Part shown: piece by piece, positions 30,506 to 47,640 of the stretch | How positions within the stretch are numbered: position 1 is the stretch's first letter | How the letters are laid out: each line of letters opens with the position of its first letter | Assembly (NCBI GenBank): GCA_028534125.1 | Contig: JAPYYK010000093.1 | Span: 1,364,001 to 1,428,000 of the forward strand | Direction: 5' to 3' | Length of the DNA stretch: 64,000 nucleotides | Origin: Lama glama | Lineage: Eukaryota | Position numbers and translations under genes: made by a program | Notes under the pieces: generated by a model | Seen by the model: only the letters and a program-made list of their open reading frames with translations | What the model was told of the DNA's origin: nothing | The model's database searches: none

Positions 30506-30599
30506 CAGATTCCAGCTGTTGACCACCAGAGGGCAGCAGAGACCGCACAGCACAGACTCCAGCCACTGACCACCAGAGGGCAGCAGGGACCGCCTTATA
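30506..30599 (+). repeat. 47-bp tandem duplication, each unit carrying a CTCF motif
   Basis: Identical TGACCACCAGAGGGCAGCA at 30520-30538 and 30567-30585; flanks CAGA(T/C)TCCAGC and GACCGC also repeat with period 47. Confidence 0.85.
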
Positions 30600-30736
30600 C
30601 AGATCTCTGGGGCTAGCGCGGGGGCAGGGGGCGGGAGCAGGGGGCGGGGATGGAGAGAGGGATTAAGTTGCTATCTAATCCTGTCGAGGTCCCGCTGTGC
30701 GTGGCAGGGCAGGTTTGCAGGCTTGCAGGGGTTTTT

Positions 30737-30877
30737 TCCCTTTTTGTTGTGGGGAGGTAATTAGGTTTGTTTGTTTGTTTGTTTGTTTGTTTGTTTATTT
30801 TAGAGGGGTACTGGGGATTGAATTCAGGACCTTGTGCATGGCTTATGCTCTGCCACTTGAGCTCTACCCTCCCCACT
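30737..30877 (-). mobile_element. tRNA-derived SINE, camelid Vic-1-like (second copy)
   Basis: Reverse complement GGGGAGGGTAGAGCTCAAGTGG...TTCAATCCCCAGTACC...(AAAC)n CTAATTACCTCCCC; degenerate TSD AGGCTTG....GGTTTT. Confidence 0.85.
30766..30797 (+). repeat. (TTTG)n microsatellite in the SINE tail
   Basis: About 7-8 TTTG units. Confidence 0.9.
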
Positions 30878-31559
30878 AGGCTTGTGTGGTTTTGAAAGCA
30901 GATTTGTTCTTCCTGATTTTTTTCCAGGGCTACTTTTTCTTTCTAGGTAACTTGCAGCCTATTACTGTTCCAAGTTGTTTGAAAGTCAGTTGCTGGGTGA
31001 TTTTGAACTGAGGTCAAGGCAGAGACCTGGATGAGTCTTCTGGGACCCTCTATATGCTCCTTGATGTCCCTGGGTGCATCATGGACCCACAATGTTCCTA
31101 GCAACCAATGCCTAGCTTGGCCACCCCTGCTGCTATCTGACCTCCATCTATTGTCTTCCAGCTCAGTATTGCCAGATCTCTGGACCAGAAGTCCTTCACC
31201 TACCTCCAACCCACCGTCCCATCAGCTTCTTCCAATCTCTTACCCTCCAAAGCGTCGTCTTCCCATTCTTCCTTTAAAAGCCTCTGTAAGCCTTGCTTCT
31301 CTCACTTCACACAAATTGTCTACTCTTGTTCTTTCCAGTTCCTACCTGTCTCCTCTATCCACTCCAGGCAGACTTGCCCCTCCCTCCACACACACACAAA
31401 AAAAATCCCTGGTCAGAGTCTTCAGTGTCCCAGACATTGCTGGACCCAGTGGTCTGTTCTCCACCCTCACCTTCTTGAGCAGCAGATGCCTGCCTGGCTC
31501 CCAGGAACCCAAATTCTCCTGGGTAGCCTCCCACCTCCTGGCTGCTCCAGCTTAGCTTC

Positions 31560-32712
31560 TTTACTAGTCCTACCTCATTCCTCCTACCTCCTAACAGAGG
31601 AATGTTCCAGGGCTCAGTCCCGAGTGCTGCCCTCCTTCCAAACCCACCTTCCCCCATCACATCCAGGCCCCGGCTCTGAGTACCAATCCACTCTCTTTGC
31701 TTCCCAAATCCAAAGCTCTGGCATAGGCCACTCTACTGAACTTGAGTCACACACCTAGCAGCAAACTTGGCATTTCCACTTTGATGTCCCATCGTTGTTT
31801 TAAATGTTTCATAGGTAAAAGTGATCTCCCTCCCAAGCCTGCTCCTCCCCCAGCCTCCCTCTGTGGATACAGCAACTTAGAGTCACTTTGGATTTGCCTC
31901 TGCCCTTCTCCTCATACATACCCAGCCATCAGGATAACACGTTTACCTTCAGGACAGGCCCAGAGTCTCACCCACTCTGTGCCACCACCTGGGCTGAACC
32001 ACCTGATGTGTCTGGAACAACTGTAACAGTCCTGTGTTGGTGTCACCCTTGGCACCCCATCCCCTACCCTACAGTCTAGTCTCAATGTAGCAGCCAGAAT
32101 AATCCATTTAAAACTTAGCGTTGCTACTGAGTCAGATCCTGCCCCTTCGTCTGTTCAGGGCCTGGCATTGGTTCTCATCTCTTCCAGAGAAAAATCCAAA
32201 AGTCCTATGGTGGCTGACAAGGCCCCATGACATCCCCTTGTTGGCCCCCACTCTTCCCATCTACCCTCTCCAGCCTCACTCAGCATCAGCCGCAGTGGCT
32301 TCTTGGCTCCTCCTCTCCCATCTTGGGCACATTCTGCCTTATGGCTTTGCATTGGCTGATGCCTCTGGCTGGAATAGTCCCTGCAGACATCCGTCCAGCT
32401 TCCTCCCTCTCCAAATCTCTGATCAATCATCCCTTTCTCAGTGAGGCCCATCCTGACCCACCTCCTAACCCTCCTAGTCTTCACCGCCCTTACCTGGCCA
32501 TTTTCACTCCCTGTACTACTGACCATCTTCTAACAAATGACGTTACTGCTGATTATGTTCCACGTTTCTGGTCTGAATCCAACCCCCCCACCAAGAATAT
32601 AAGTTCTAGGAAGGCAGGGATCTTCTCTCTGGTCATCACTGTGTGTGCAGGTGCTGAAGAAGTGCCTGGCTCATAGGAAGACTTCATAAATACTTGGTGA
32701 ATGAATAAATGA
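31560..32712 (+). mobile_element. LINE-2 (L2) 3' fragment
   Basis: Pyrimidine-rich L2-like body (GCAGCCAGAATAATCCATTTAAAA; AAATCCAAAAGTCCT) ending in the L2 tail AAATACTTGGTGAATGAATAAATGA; boundaries approximate. Confidence 0.7.
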
Positions 32713-34019
32713 GTTCCTTTTCAGGAGCGAGGTGAATGTGTGCATGTGCGCACAGTGAGAAGGGTGCAAGGAGGGGCAGCTGCTGGTCAGGAAGACCAAG
32801 GCCCACGCTTGGGCCCCTTTACCTGAACTGTATTGTCTTACTTTTCTGTTACAAGCAGTCTTGAGAAAATGGTGAAAAGAAATGTAAGTGACATAAGTGC
32901 TCTAATTTTTACTATTTCAAGCAGATTAAAATATTTTTTCTTCAGAGCAAATTTTAAAAAGCAAAAAAGAAGAAAAAAGAGCTTGGAAATTCTTCAAAAC
33001 ATAAAAATTCCTTAGCAATGACCAAGGACTTGCAGACCCATCCTCATGGAGGCTGAAATGGCTGGAACTTGACAGCCAGGGACATGGGAGGTTCATTTTC
33101 AAACAGTCTTGTGGGCACCTGCCTTTTGGCCACATTGCCTGCCCTCCTCCCGCACCCCTAGGGCCTGCTGTCCACCCGTCAGTCTGGCGGAGACCTTGCT
33201 GGGCAGGCAGAGATGGCCTCTGGGGTCAGGGTCCTTCCTCCACCCCAGCTGTGTGTATGTGGGAGAGTCGGGGGAGGGGAGAGCGACTCTCAGCACATCC
33301 CCCTGGTCTGAGAGGCCTGAAGCCAGGCCTGGGGTCTTGAAAGACTCCAGGCAGTCCTGCTGCTGCTCTGACCTGCAGCAGTCTTTGGATGGAGGGAGTA
33401 TGAGAAAAGACCCCCAGGGACTGTTGGCAGGGTGGACCCTGCCCTTGATTACCTCCTACTCCCTGGGAGCCAAGCGGCTCAGGCAGAGCTGTGGCCTCGT
33501 CTGGTGAGGAAGGAGCCAGAGACCCCCAAACGGCAGCCCCTCATGCCAGGGACACTCTGGGCTGCGGCCACCTCTAGGCCGGTGTCCAGCTCTTTTCTGG
33601 GGCCACGGGGCTTCTGTGTGAGTCCCCAGGCTGGAGTCAGGCGCCTGGGGCTGATGAGAACCAGACTCAGGAAGCCCCCCTCTGATCAGCTGGCACTCCC
33701 ATGGGCCTCGCAGCCTCCAGTTTGAGGAGTTCTTTCTTCAGGGGTTTCTCAAGCTGGCAGCTGCCCTGCCAGTTCAAACTGGATTTTTCCTGCTGTCCTT
33801 TCCCCGGCGGCCTAGCCGGGTGCGGGGTCTCTCCTAATGAGGGTTTGATGCCAAGGCCTGGGCAGCTCTGTCCTGCTGGGTCCTGGCTGATTCAGGCTTG
33901 CCCCAGGCAGCGGGCAGCTTCCCAGTCCCACCCGGGCCAGGCACCTGGGCTGCCCTGCGTCCTTGCAGCTCTTGCCCTGCATTGGACTCCCCGACTCAAA
34001 ACTCAGGCCCCACATACAG

Positions 34020-35317
34020 GCACTCAGTAACCCACCTTTATTCGCAGCAGTTTTACTATTAATAACAAGTTAGCCTGACAGGGCATAAGATCCCTGGACT
34101 TTTGTCCCCAGACTCGAAGCACTGACAGAGAGTTGACGTGGCAGCCAGGGAGGGCAGGGGGCCCTTCCACAGGGCTCAGCTGCCTCCTGNNNNNNNNNNN
34201 NNNNNNNNNNNNNNNNNNNNNNNNNNNNNNNNNNNNNNNNNNNNNNNNNNNNNNNNNNNNNNNNNNNNNNNNNNNNNNNNNNNNNNNNNNNNNNNNNNNN
34301 NNNNNNNNNNNNNNNNNNNNNNNNNNNNNNNNNNNNNGAGCTGGGTCTGAGCACGCCCTGGTTGGTTTGGGAGGCAGGGGGCAGGGTGCAGCAGGGGACT
34401 CACCCTGTCCCCACCCTCAACCCAGGAAAAGAGGCAGGACGGCCTTCCATCCCCATCCACGTCCTGACCCCCCACCCCACTTCCCAGGAACTCAGGGACC
34501 ATGGAGCTCAAGAATGTAGAACACAGTTGGTCTCATGTATAATATTTATAAAAGGGGGCTGCCAGCATCTCCACCCCTGCCCTAGACTGGCACCTGGGGT
34601 CTTTAGCTCCCAGGGACAGAGACGCTCTGGGCCCCAGCCTCTTTCTTCTCCCAGCAGTGGAATGTGAGCTACGGCCCGGGCTTGGGGTGGGGGGAGTCCC
34701 AGCCTCCCCAGGACTGGGGAAGGGCCAGGGCAGGGGTCCCTTGGGGGCGCCCAAACCAGGCAAACCCTCAAAAGAACCTGCTGGCCCCAGGTCTAAGGTG
34801 ATGAGGTCTGCTCCTGGTGGAGGAATGGGAGAAGGGGACTAGAGTATCCAAGGGCCTGAACCCAAATGCCTGAAAGGGGCCTCGGGGACAGAAGGAGGAA
34901 AGGCAAGAGGGCCGAGGGAGATGAGGCCCCAGCAACAAAGTAGGGGGGTGACCACAGACCTGGTTCAGCTCTATGTGCCCCTACAGGTGGTGTGACCTCA
35001 GTGTCTACACCTGTGCAAAGAGGCTAAGGGGCTTGGGTGGGATCTGAGGCAACAGGAAGGGAGCAGCGGTACAGCCCTGCCCTGCTCCCAGCTCAGGAAG
35101 CCCCTGTATCCCAGGAGTTCAGCAGGGCAGTGGCCCAAGGGCCTTGGTCCTGGCTCTAACAAAAACCTCGACAGAAAGGACGTGGGACAGGGCCAAATGC
35201 CATAGCATTCACCACATCTTTCTCCTCCACCTGACTGGCCACTGGATGGGAGCAGGTGCTGAAGAGTCTGGGCAAGGGGACTAGGGTGAGTAGACCGAAT
35301 AGGATGGGGGGGTCATC
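34020..35317 (-). other. SLC38A3: SLC38A3 3'UTR (proximal end ~34520, distal end ~34020)
   Basis: TATAAA variant signal at 34550-34545 followed by a GU-rich tract; canonical AATAAA at 34042-34037. Confidence 0.65.
34190..34337. other. Assembly gap (148 N)
   Basis: N run. Confidence 0.99.
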
Positions 35318-40803
<5,486 letters not shown>

Positions 40804-42399
40804 GGCTCGGGGACCACCACCGGAACACTAGCTCTTACACTGACACAGTCAGAAGTCACAGAGCAGACAGTCCCTCTGGTTACCCTCATGCCTTGGGCCC
40901 ATGGCCCAGACTCCCACAGGAAGTGTGCAGCTGTAACACACCTCCCAGAAGTCCACTCGGGACATACATGCGCATGCACCTCTGCCTGCTGCCCCCTGGA
41001 ACCTGCCACTGGCGGATAGAGCTTGAATACATGAGTTCTCCAGGACATCCTGAGGGGACACCTCAGCCAGTAGCTTGTGCTGCCCCCACCACACTCACAT
41101 ACCAGCCCAGGCGAGGGACTTCAGTTTACCCATCTGTGAAGTAAGGGTCTGTTGGATGATCTGAGTTCAGAGCCCAGTGGCACCAGGATCCCAGGATGCT
41201 GAGTGTCAGGCCTCCAGACCCCACTCGGGATGGGCCTGGGACTGACTCCCTCTCCCTGACATGAGTGCTGGGAGACAGTTTCCTGTGCCGGCCCCGTGTG
41301 CCAGGGGCCTCCGAGCCAACCTAGAATGGCACTACCCGACGGCTGGAGGCCTCGGGAGAGGGTGAGGGCTGTGGGCCCTGTTCCCAGCCGCCCGGCGGGC
41401 TTTGCTGGCAGCCAGAACAAAGGGCCCTCTGTGGGCTGAGAGCTGGCGCTGGGAACGGCAGGCGCAGAGGCTACCCCCCCCCCCTGGAGCCAGGAGGCCT
41501 GAGGCGGTGCTGGGTGGCTGGACACCTGGGCCCTGCCCGCCTGGCTGAGAAGGGCCCTCAGGGGGCCTTCCAGGAAATGGGTGTCCTGAGGCCCGCTCCC
41601 TGGGCCACATAGGCCTCACCCTCCACACAGCTCTGGCCTCGGGGCCATGTTCTCTTTCAGCCTCTCCTCCCCTGCTGGGGAACCTCCACCCTTAGATGCC
41701 CACCCTTTGAGCAGATTCCCCACTTCCAGGGGACCCAGGTCAGGAACTCAGGGCCTTCCTTGGTCAGCTTTAGCCCTCCAGTCCTGTCCACTCAGGACCA
41801 TAACAATTTGAGCATCTCTTCTCATGCCCTCTTTTCCTTGACCAGAATCCCTAAGGTCAGCCTGTTTTTTTCATGTCCCTGCCCTGAGCCTCACCTACAG
41901 TATCTCTCCAAGGATACCAGACCTAGTCTCCAGAGTCACTCCAGACTGCCCCCTGGCTCTCAGCTGGGGTTGCCCTTGCCGGGCCTCCTGCCCTGGGCAG
42001 GCTGGGACAGGCCCTGAGAGTGTGCTGAATTGGCAGCCTGGACAAAGCACTTTTCTCTCCCTTAATATTCTTCCCTAGCAGCCAAGCACTGTCTCCAGGG
42101 AGACCACAGCCCATGGCATGGTCATGGCCAAGGTACCTGAGGTCCTCGCTCCAGGTTCCCCATCCCCCCAGAGGGACCTGGGCCTAGACCTTCAGATCCT
42201 GTCTATAACTCATGACCAGTCACGGCTAGGCTTCAGGCTGGCCTGAGATTCCAGAGAGGACATGGAATATTCTTCCTCAAGTGGCTTCTAGTCTGAAAGG
42301 GACAAAATCCCAACACGCAACTCCCATCCTATGGCTCCTGTTGTAACTGTGTGTGAGCCACAGTGCTGGGACTCAAAAAAAAAAAAAAAAAAAAAGAGA

Positions 42400-42640
42400 G
42401 TGAGAGAAGCAACAAGGAAGGTTTCCTGGAGGAGGAGGTGATGGAGCCAGTAATGAAATTCCAGTAGGAGCCCCCAAGGTATGGAAAAGGAAAGAGTACC
42501 TGAGGGCACAACATGGGCAAAGGCCCTGAGATGTGGTATGAGGCAGGCTGTGAGGAGAGAATGAAGATTCCATGGCCATAGATAAGCCTGATAGGGCCTT
42601 GAAGGCCAGGTCAAGGAGTCTGTACTTCAGTCTAAGGCAG
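42400..42640 (-). mobile_element. LINE-2 fragment
   Basis: GGAAGGTTTCCTGGAGGAGGTGA...GGGCAAAGGCCCTGAG...GGGCCTTGAAGGCCAGGTCAAGGAG. Confidence 0.6.
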
Positions 42641-44734
42641 GGCTAAGGACTAGGGGGCCAGGATAGAGATTGGTGTTGGCCTGGCATGCAGACCCTCAGC
42701 CATTCCCCGAGGCTTGCAGCCCAGTTTTGACAGTTCTCATCTCAGATTTGCCACTTCCCAGGCTCCTTTGCACCAGATATCAGGGCAGACTCAGGGGATA
42801 GTCCCTGTCTGAGGAAACTCACCAGCAGATCCTGACCCACTATGGGGAAAGCCCAGAGTCACCACTCTGGGTCTGAGGCCTGGCCTGGCTCTGCATCCCC
42901 ACATGACTATGGGCAAAGTATTCCCCACTCGGGACCTCAGTGTCCTCCTGTCCTCTAGGAATTCTGTGAAGTTTGGCCAAAGGAGGGAACAGAGTAAGGA
43001 GCCTCCCTGAAGCCTTCGCCCCGAGAGAGGAGCCAAGCTCTGGAGTGGGGAGATCACAGCGACCTTGGGCAGATCATCAGAATAGCACCTATCCTGGGTG
43101 TAGCATGCATTTGGACAGTAAATCGATGACCCAGGCCACTGTCCTGGGGCCTGTTTGCTCTGCTGCTAGATAAAGGCCAGGAGGGGCCAGGCGCCACAGG
43201 GATCGTGCAATAGGTAACATCCACCCACGCAGACATCACAGGGTGAGAACTCGTCAGGCACACCTCCTCGGCAGGCGTTGAGTTTGGCTAATTAAAGATT
43301 TTGAGGCCCAGGAATCCAGGCCACCATGGGGCCACTGCTTGTGTCAGCTGCTATGGAAGCACACCTCTCTGTCTCTGCATCAAGGTCCTTGGATCCACCA
43401 GGGCTCTGAGCCCAGCTTTCCTTCCCAGTGCTGAGGGATGAAGTGGGTCTGCAGCAGCATGCTGGCTACAGGAAGCCATCCACACTGTCCTTCCCTCCAT
43501 CCTGTGGCCACATGGGCTGATGGAGGCACAGACCCCACAGAGCTTGCTGCTATGGCCCCTGGCTTCCTGTGCCTGGGTAGCCCTTACCTCAGCCCAGATC
43601 TCAGGGGAGAGGCAGCTGGCCTGGTTTAAGGGTTCTTTGTGGTTATCCCTGGGGCTGGCCCCAGGTCTAGCTCACCCATCTTTACCAATCCCCTTGTTGG
43701 CTGAGAGAAGATGCCCTCCCCAGACCAGCATCCCTTTGCCCACCTGCTTCTCCAGGCTTCAGAAGGAAAACAACCCCCTTGGAGAAGCTATCAGTCAACA
43801 GGGGAACTGGATTCAATGGACATGGCTGGACTGTATGTTCTCAAGGCACAGCAACAGGGATTGGTGCAGAGCTGATTGCTGAGGTCAGGGGTCTAGGGAT
43901 AGGGCATGTGGGAGGGTGTGCAGAACAGGGGAGAGAACTAAAGCAAACCCCTTGCCCCTTCCCCTGAACCACAACTCCAGATCCAACCTCGGCAGATCCA
44001 GTCTTCCATCCACCATTCCCCCACTGTCAACAACACTGAGTAAGTGGCTCGTGTGTGGCCGACACCTGGCTAGTACTGAGGGGGTGCATGCAGGACGGGG
44101 CACGTCCAGGGAAAGGAAAATGGTGCAGAACGCTGATGTGTTGGCCACAACAATCCTCATCCCCTAGCTCCCTGGCCACGTGCTTCTGTGTTCTGGGCAT
44201 CCGGAAGTGTCTAGGAGGATCTGAGGACCCCAGCTGGGACCGGAAGATGGACTTTCCTGTGACAGGGTACATTTTCTAAACACCTAACAGATGTGTAGCA
44301 TTGGGCCTATCCCCAGACACCTAGGCCTTCCCTCCTGCCCAACTCTGGACCCTCCTTGCTCAGATCGCCCCCAGTGGAAGCGGCAGTTGGAACCTCTTGG
44401 CTCAAGACCTGGCCAGAGCCTGCAGCAGCCCTCTCCTTCCACTGCCAGCCTGCTGAGAAGGACGTGCAGCCCGAGGCCCAGCTGAGGCAAAGGACAGGAC
44501 ATCACGTGCCTGTGGCCCCCCAGGGGCAGGGGAGACCCCGAGCCAGCCAGCCAATCCTCCTTCCTACTGACCCGGAATCCCCTGGAGGCGGCCAAATATT
44601 TGGACAGCCGGACTTCTGGCCCCAAAGAAAGCTGGAGCAGGGGCCCAGGGCAGCTCAGGACTCATTGGAGACCCTGATGGGGATGCTAAAGGCAAGGTCA
44701 GCCTGGGGAGAGGCGCCATCCAATGTCAGGAAGA

Positions 44735-45060
44735 AACAGAGAGAGGCAGAGGGAGGGAAGAGAGAGACAGGGAGAGAAAACATACACACATGTGTCCATG
44801 CATACTGATGCAGACCAAGAGACAGACAGAGGCACGGGGAGAGAAAGAAATGCAGATGGATACAGAGAGACGCAAACAGAGAAAAATATTGGTGGGTAGA
44901 CACTCAGACAAGGAGACAGAAAGAGACAATCAGATCGGTGAGAGACAGAGACAGAGATGGCCAACCAGTTAGAGATAGCCAGATGGAGAAAGAGACAATG
45001 AGACAGCAAGAGACGGCAAGAGACAGCCAGTGAAAGACAGTGTCCCAGAGGGAACAAGAC
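44735..45060 (+). repeat. GA-rich low-complexity tract (degenerate GAGA/GACA)
   Basis: Repeated AGAGACAG units. Confidence 0.8.
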
Positions 45061-46559
45061 GCGGAGAGGGAGCCAGAGGTTCAGTTGAGGGGGGTGGCAG
45101 GCCCAGTGGGCACTGCAGGGTTGCCACAGCATTTCCATGTTCCTACAAGGGCAGGTTATGCCCCCATTAGCCAGACGCAAGACATCTAGAGGGTAGAACT
45201 GAGCCCACTAGGGCCACAAAGCCCAGAGCCCCAGAGTTCAGCACCCATCATTTTTCTGCTTGCACAATGGGAAACATACACTGAGATGACAGTCAGTCGA
45301 AGTGACCCTGTCCTCAGCGGCCACGCACGTGTGCAGACGTGCCGGCTGAGAGGCTGTGTACAGGACGTGGCCCGCAGAGCGGAAATTCAAAACCAAGCCA
45401 CCCCAGGTCGCTGGCCGGAAAGCCCCTCCTGCCCCAGCAGCTGGTCCATCCCTTTGGCCCCCAGAAGCCCCGCCTGGTCCTCTAAAGCGCCCCCATCCTG
45501 CATCTGTCTTCTTATCCAAAGTCCAGCCCTCCACCCACCAGACTGAGAATGCACAGGGCACATAGTAGATACTCAGTAAAAATTAAGTGAATGGAATGAG
45601 TTCTAAGTTTTTGGCAAGCCACCAGCCCATTTCATCTACTCCAAGTGGCGCCTGGCTCCCTGGCCATGTCTGCACTAGAACATCTTCCAGCAGCGCCCCT
45701 ATCCTGCTACGGTATAGGCTGCACATCCACCCCAGGTTGCAGTGCACACAGATGGCAACACTGTACCTCTCTTGCAGCCAGCCACTCCCCCAAAACATTT
45801 TTCCCCTCACACTGAGTCCCTGCAACCTACTCAGCCCAGACTTTCCGGGTGCACTCAGTTCAGCTCAAAAACCTTCCCCACCCCTACACAGAGACCATGA
45901 ACCACCCAGCCTGTCCTGTTGTGTTTCAGTTTTTCCATTTGTCTGGGGATCCAAGGCTACTTGCTAGAGCAGCAGGCACCAGGACAAGAGCAAACAACTC
46001 TCATGGTCTGGCCACCTGGAGCCCTGGACTGTGAGTGTTTGTGACATGAGCCCAAAGAACTAGTACTGAACAAAGGGTGGCTTGAGAAGCCGGTGAGGAC
46101 AGGGGTTCTATGGGCCCAGGCAGAACAAAGTTCTAAGACTTACACCCCTACTCTCCCCAGAAACAGTCCCTTGCCCCCAACTCCAGACCTCTTGGCAATG
46201 TGCCAGGCCTGGCCTCATCCAACCAGATTCCTCCCACCTTTGGTGCTTCCTGCAGGAAGCCTTCCATGGTTGTGCAGAACCTTCCCGTCTCGAAATGGGA
46301 TTGTCCCCGGATTTCTCCAGCTTTCTATGCTCCACAGTGAGAATCTCAGAGGGATTTGCTTCCTTTCCAGAAGGAAGTGAGTCCCCATGCCAGACTGTAC
46401 TTAAGAGGAAGGGCCTCTTTCAGGGACAGCACAGGGGCCCAAGGCAGTCATGTAAGGAAGGACAGGACTGGCAGGCTCAGGGAAGGATGGGCCTGGGTCA
46501 CGGTGTCCCCCCACGGTGCAAGGACCTTTGACTTACTTCCTCTCAGACCTGTCCTAGAG

Positions 46560-47640
46560 CCTATACCTGGGCTCAGGGCTCAGGTTACTGTGGGGGAGAG
46601 GGTGGATTCCCACAGGCCCCGCCCCTGGCCTCCCCCTCCCCTGGTGTAAACAAACGCACGCACTGGCTGTGGCCAATGGAAGGGGCCAATCGGGCGGGGG
46701 CGGGCTCCCGCAAACCAAGGCAGGGTCTTTTCCCTCCGCCCCTGTGCGCATTGCCAGCTCTCACACCCGGTCGCAGAGCTCCGCCGAGAGGAGTGCAGAC
46801 CGAGCCCTGCCCTCAGACCAGGGAGCCACACACACCCTGCGCTGGCCGTGCCCGCTGGCCCGGCTGCAAATGGCACGGGCTCTGGGACCAACATGTGCCC
46901 TGCGGCCCCTCAGGCAGCCTGGCCGTCTCTGCCCTCAAGCCCCTGCCTAACGCAGCGGGATAAATATACCCGGACTCCCGGCGTGCCAGCCGGGCCGATA
47001 TGCTTGTCAGGCGCCCGTCGGGGCAGCGCTCCAGGGTCTGCTCCCGGGCCCTCTTAGGCCCCCGTCCGGGACCCTATCGAGCCCGTCCAAGTGGGCCCTG
47101 CCTCGGGAAGTCCATGTCGTGCCACCCAAGCCCCCAACAAGGCGTCCTGCCGCCTCGGCCCCGGTTGCCGCCGACCTCCTGCTGTCCTGCCCGGCACTGT
47201 GAGAGGCCCCGAGACGACGAGGTGCCCCGCCCGAGACACCAACTCAAGCTCGGAGCTGAGTCTCGACTGGCGAGTCCTCAGACCTGCCCCCAAAGCGCAA
47301 GGGGCCGTGACTCCCCGGAGGCCAGGGAAGCTGCCCAGAGCCCGGCTCCGGACGCAAGAGTGGACAGTGGGCTCAGCCCCCCTGGTGCCCCTGGGCGGGG
47401 GGTCGGCGCCCCCAGCGGTACCTGGCCTCACAGTTGGGGACGCGCGGTGCTCCGCTCCGGCGGGTGCTATCCGCTCTGCTCCCGGCTGAGCGCAGCGGCG
47501 GGGGATGAAGGGCGCCCGGCCCCGCCCCCGGCCCGCCCCCGGCCCGCCAATCCCCGGCGGCCCGCGGGAGGAGGGGCTGGCCGGGGAGAGGCGGGGGGCC
47601 CCCGCGGGCCTGGAGCAAAGGGGCAGCTTGTGCGCTAAGG
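46560..47640 (-). promoter_or_regulatory. SLC38A3 CpG-island promoter region
   Basis: High CpG density, GC boxes, two CCAAT boxes (46673, 46686), FOX site TGTAAACA at 46645-46652. Confidence 0.85.
47422..47505 (-). other. SLC38A3: SLC38A3 non-coding exon 1 (5' end approximate)
   Basis: CpG-rich segment ending ...GAGGCCAG|GTACCG donor, with GC boxes directly upstream (47515-47600). Confidence 0.7.

Noticed and set aside
30506-30599. Repeat-spacer pattern reminiscent of CRISPR
   Set aside because: Only two units in mammalian DNA with no cas genes; it is a tandem duplication of a CTCF site.
32820-33020. AT-rich island downstream of SLC38A3
   Set aside because: Probably an old transposon fragment; I cannot assign a family or function from sequence alone.
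46122-46134. AGAAC-AAA-GTTCT palindrome resembling a glucocorticoid response element near SLC38A3
   Set aside because: Half-site spacing is 2 bp too short for a GRE (AGAACAnnnTGTTCT).
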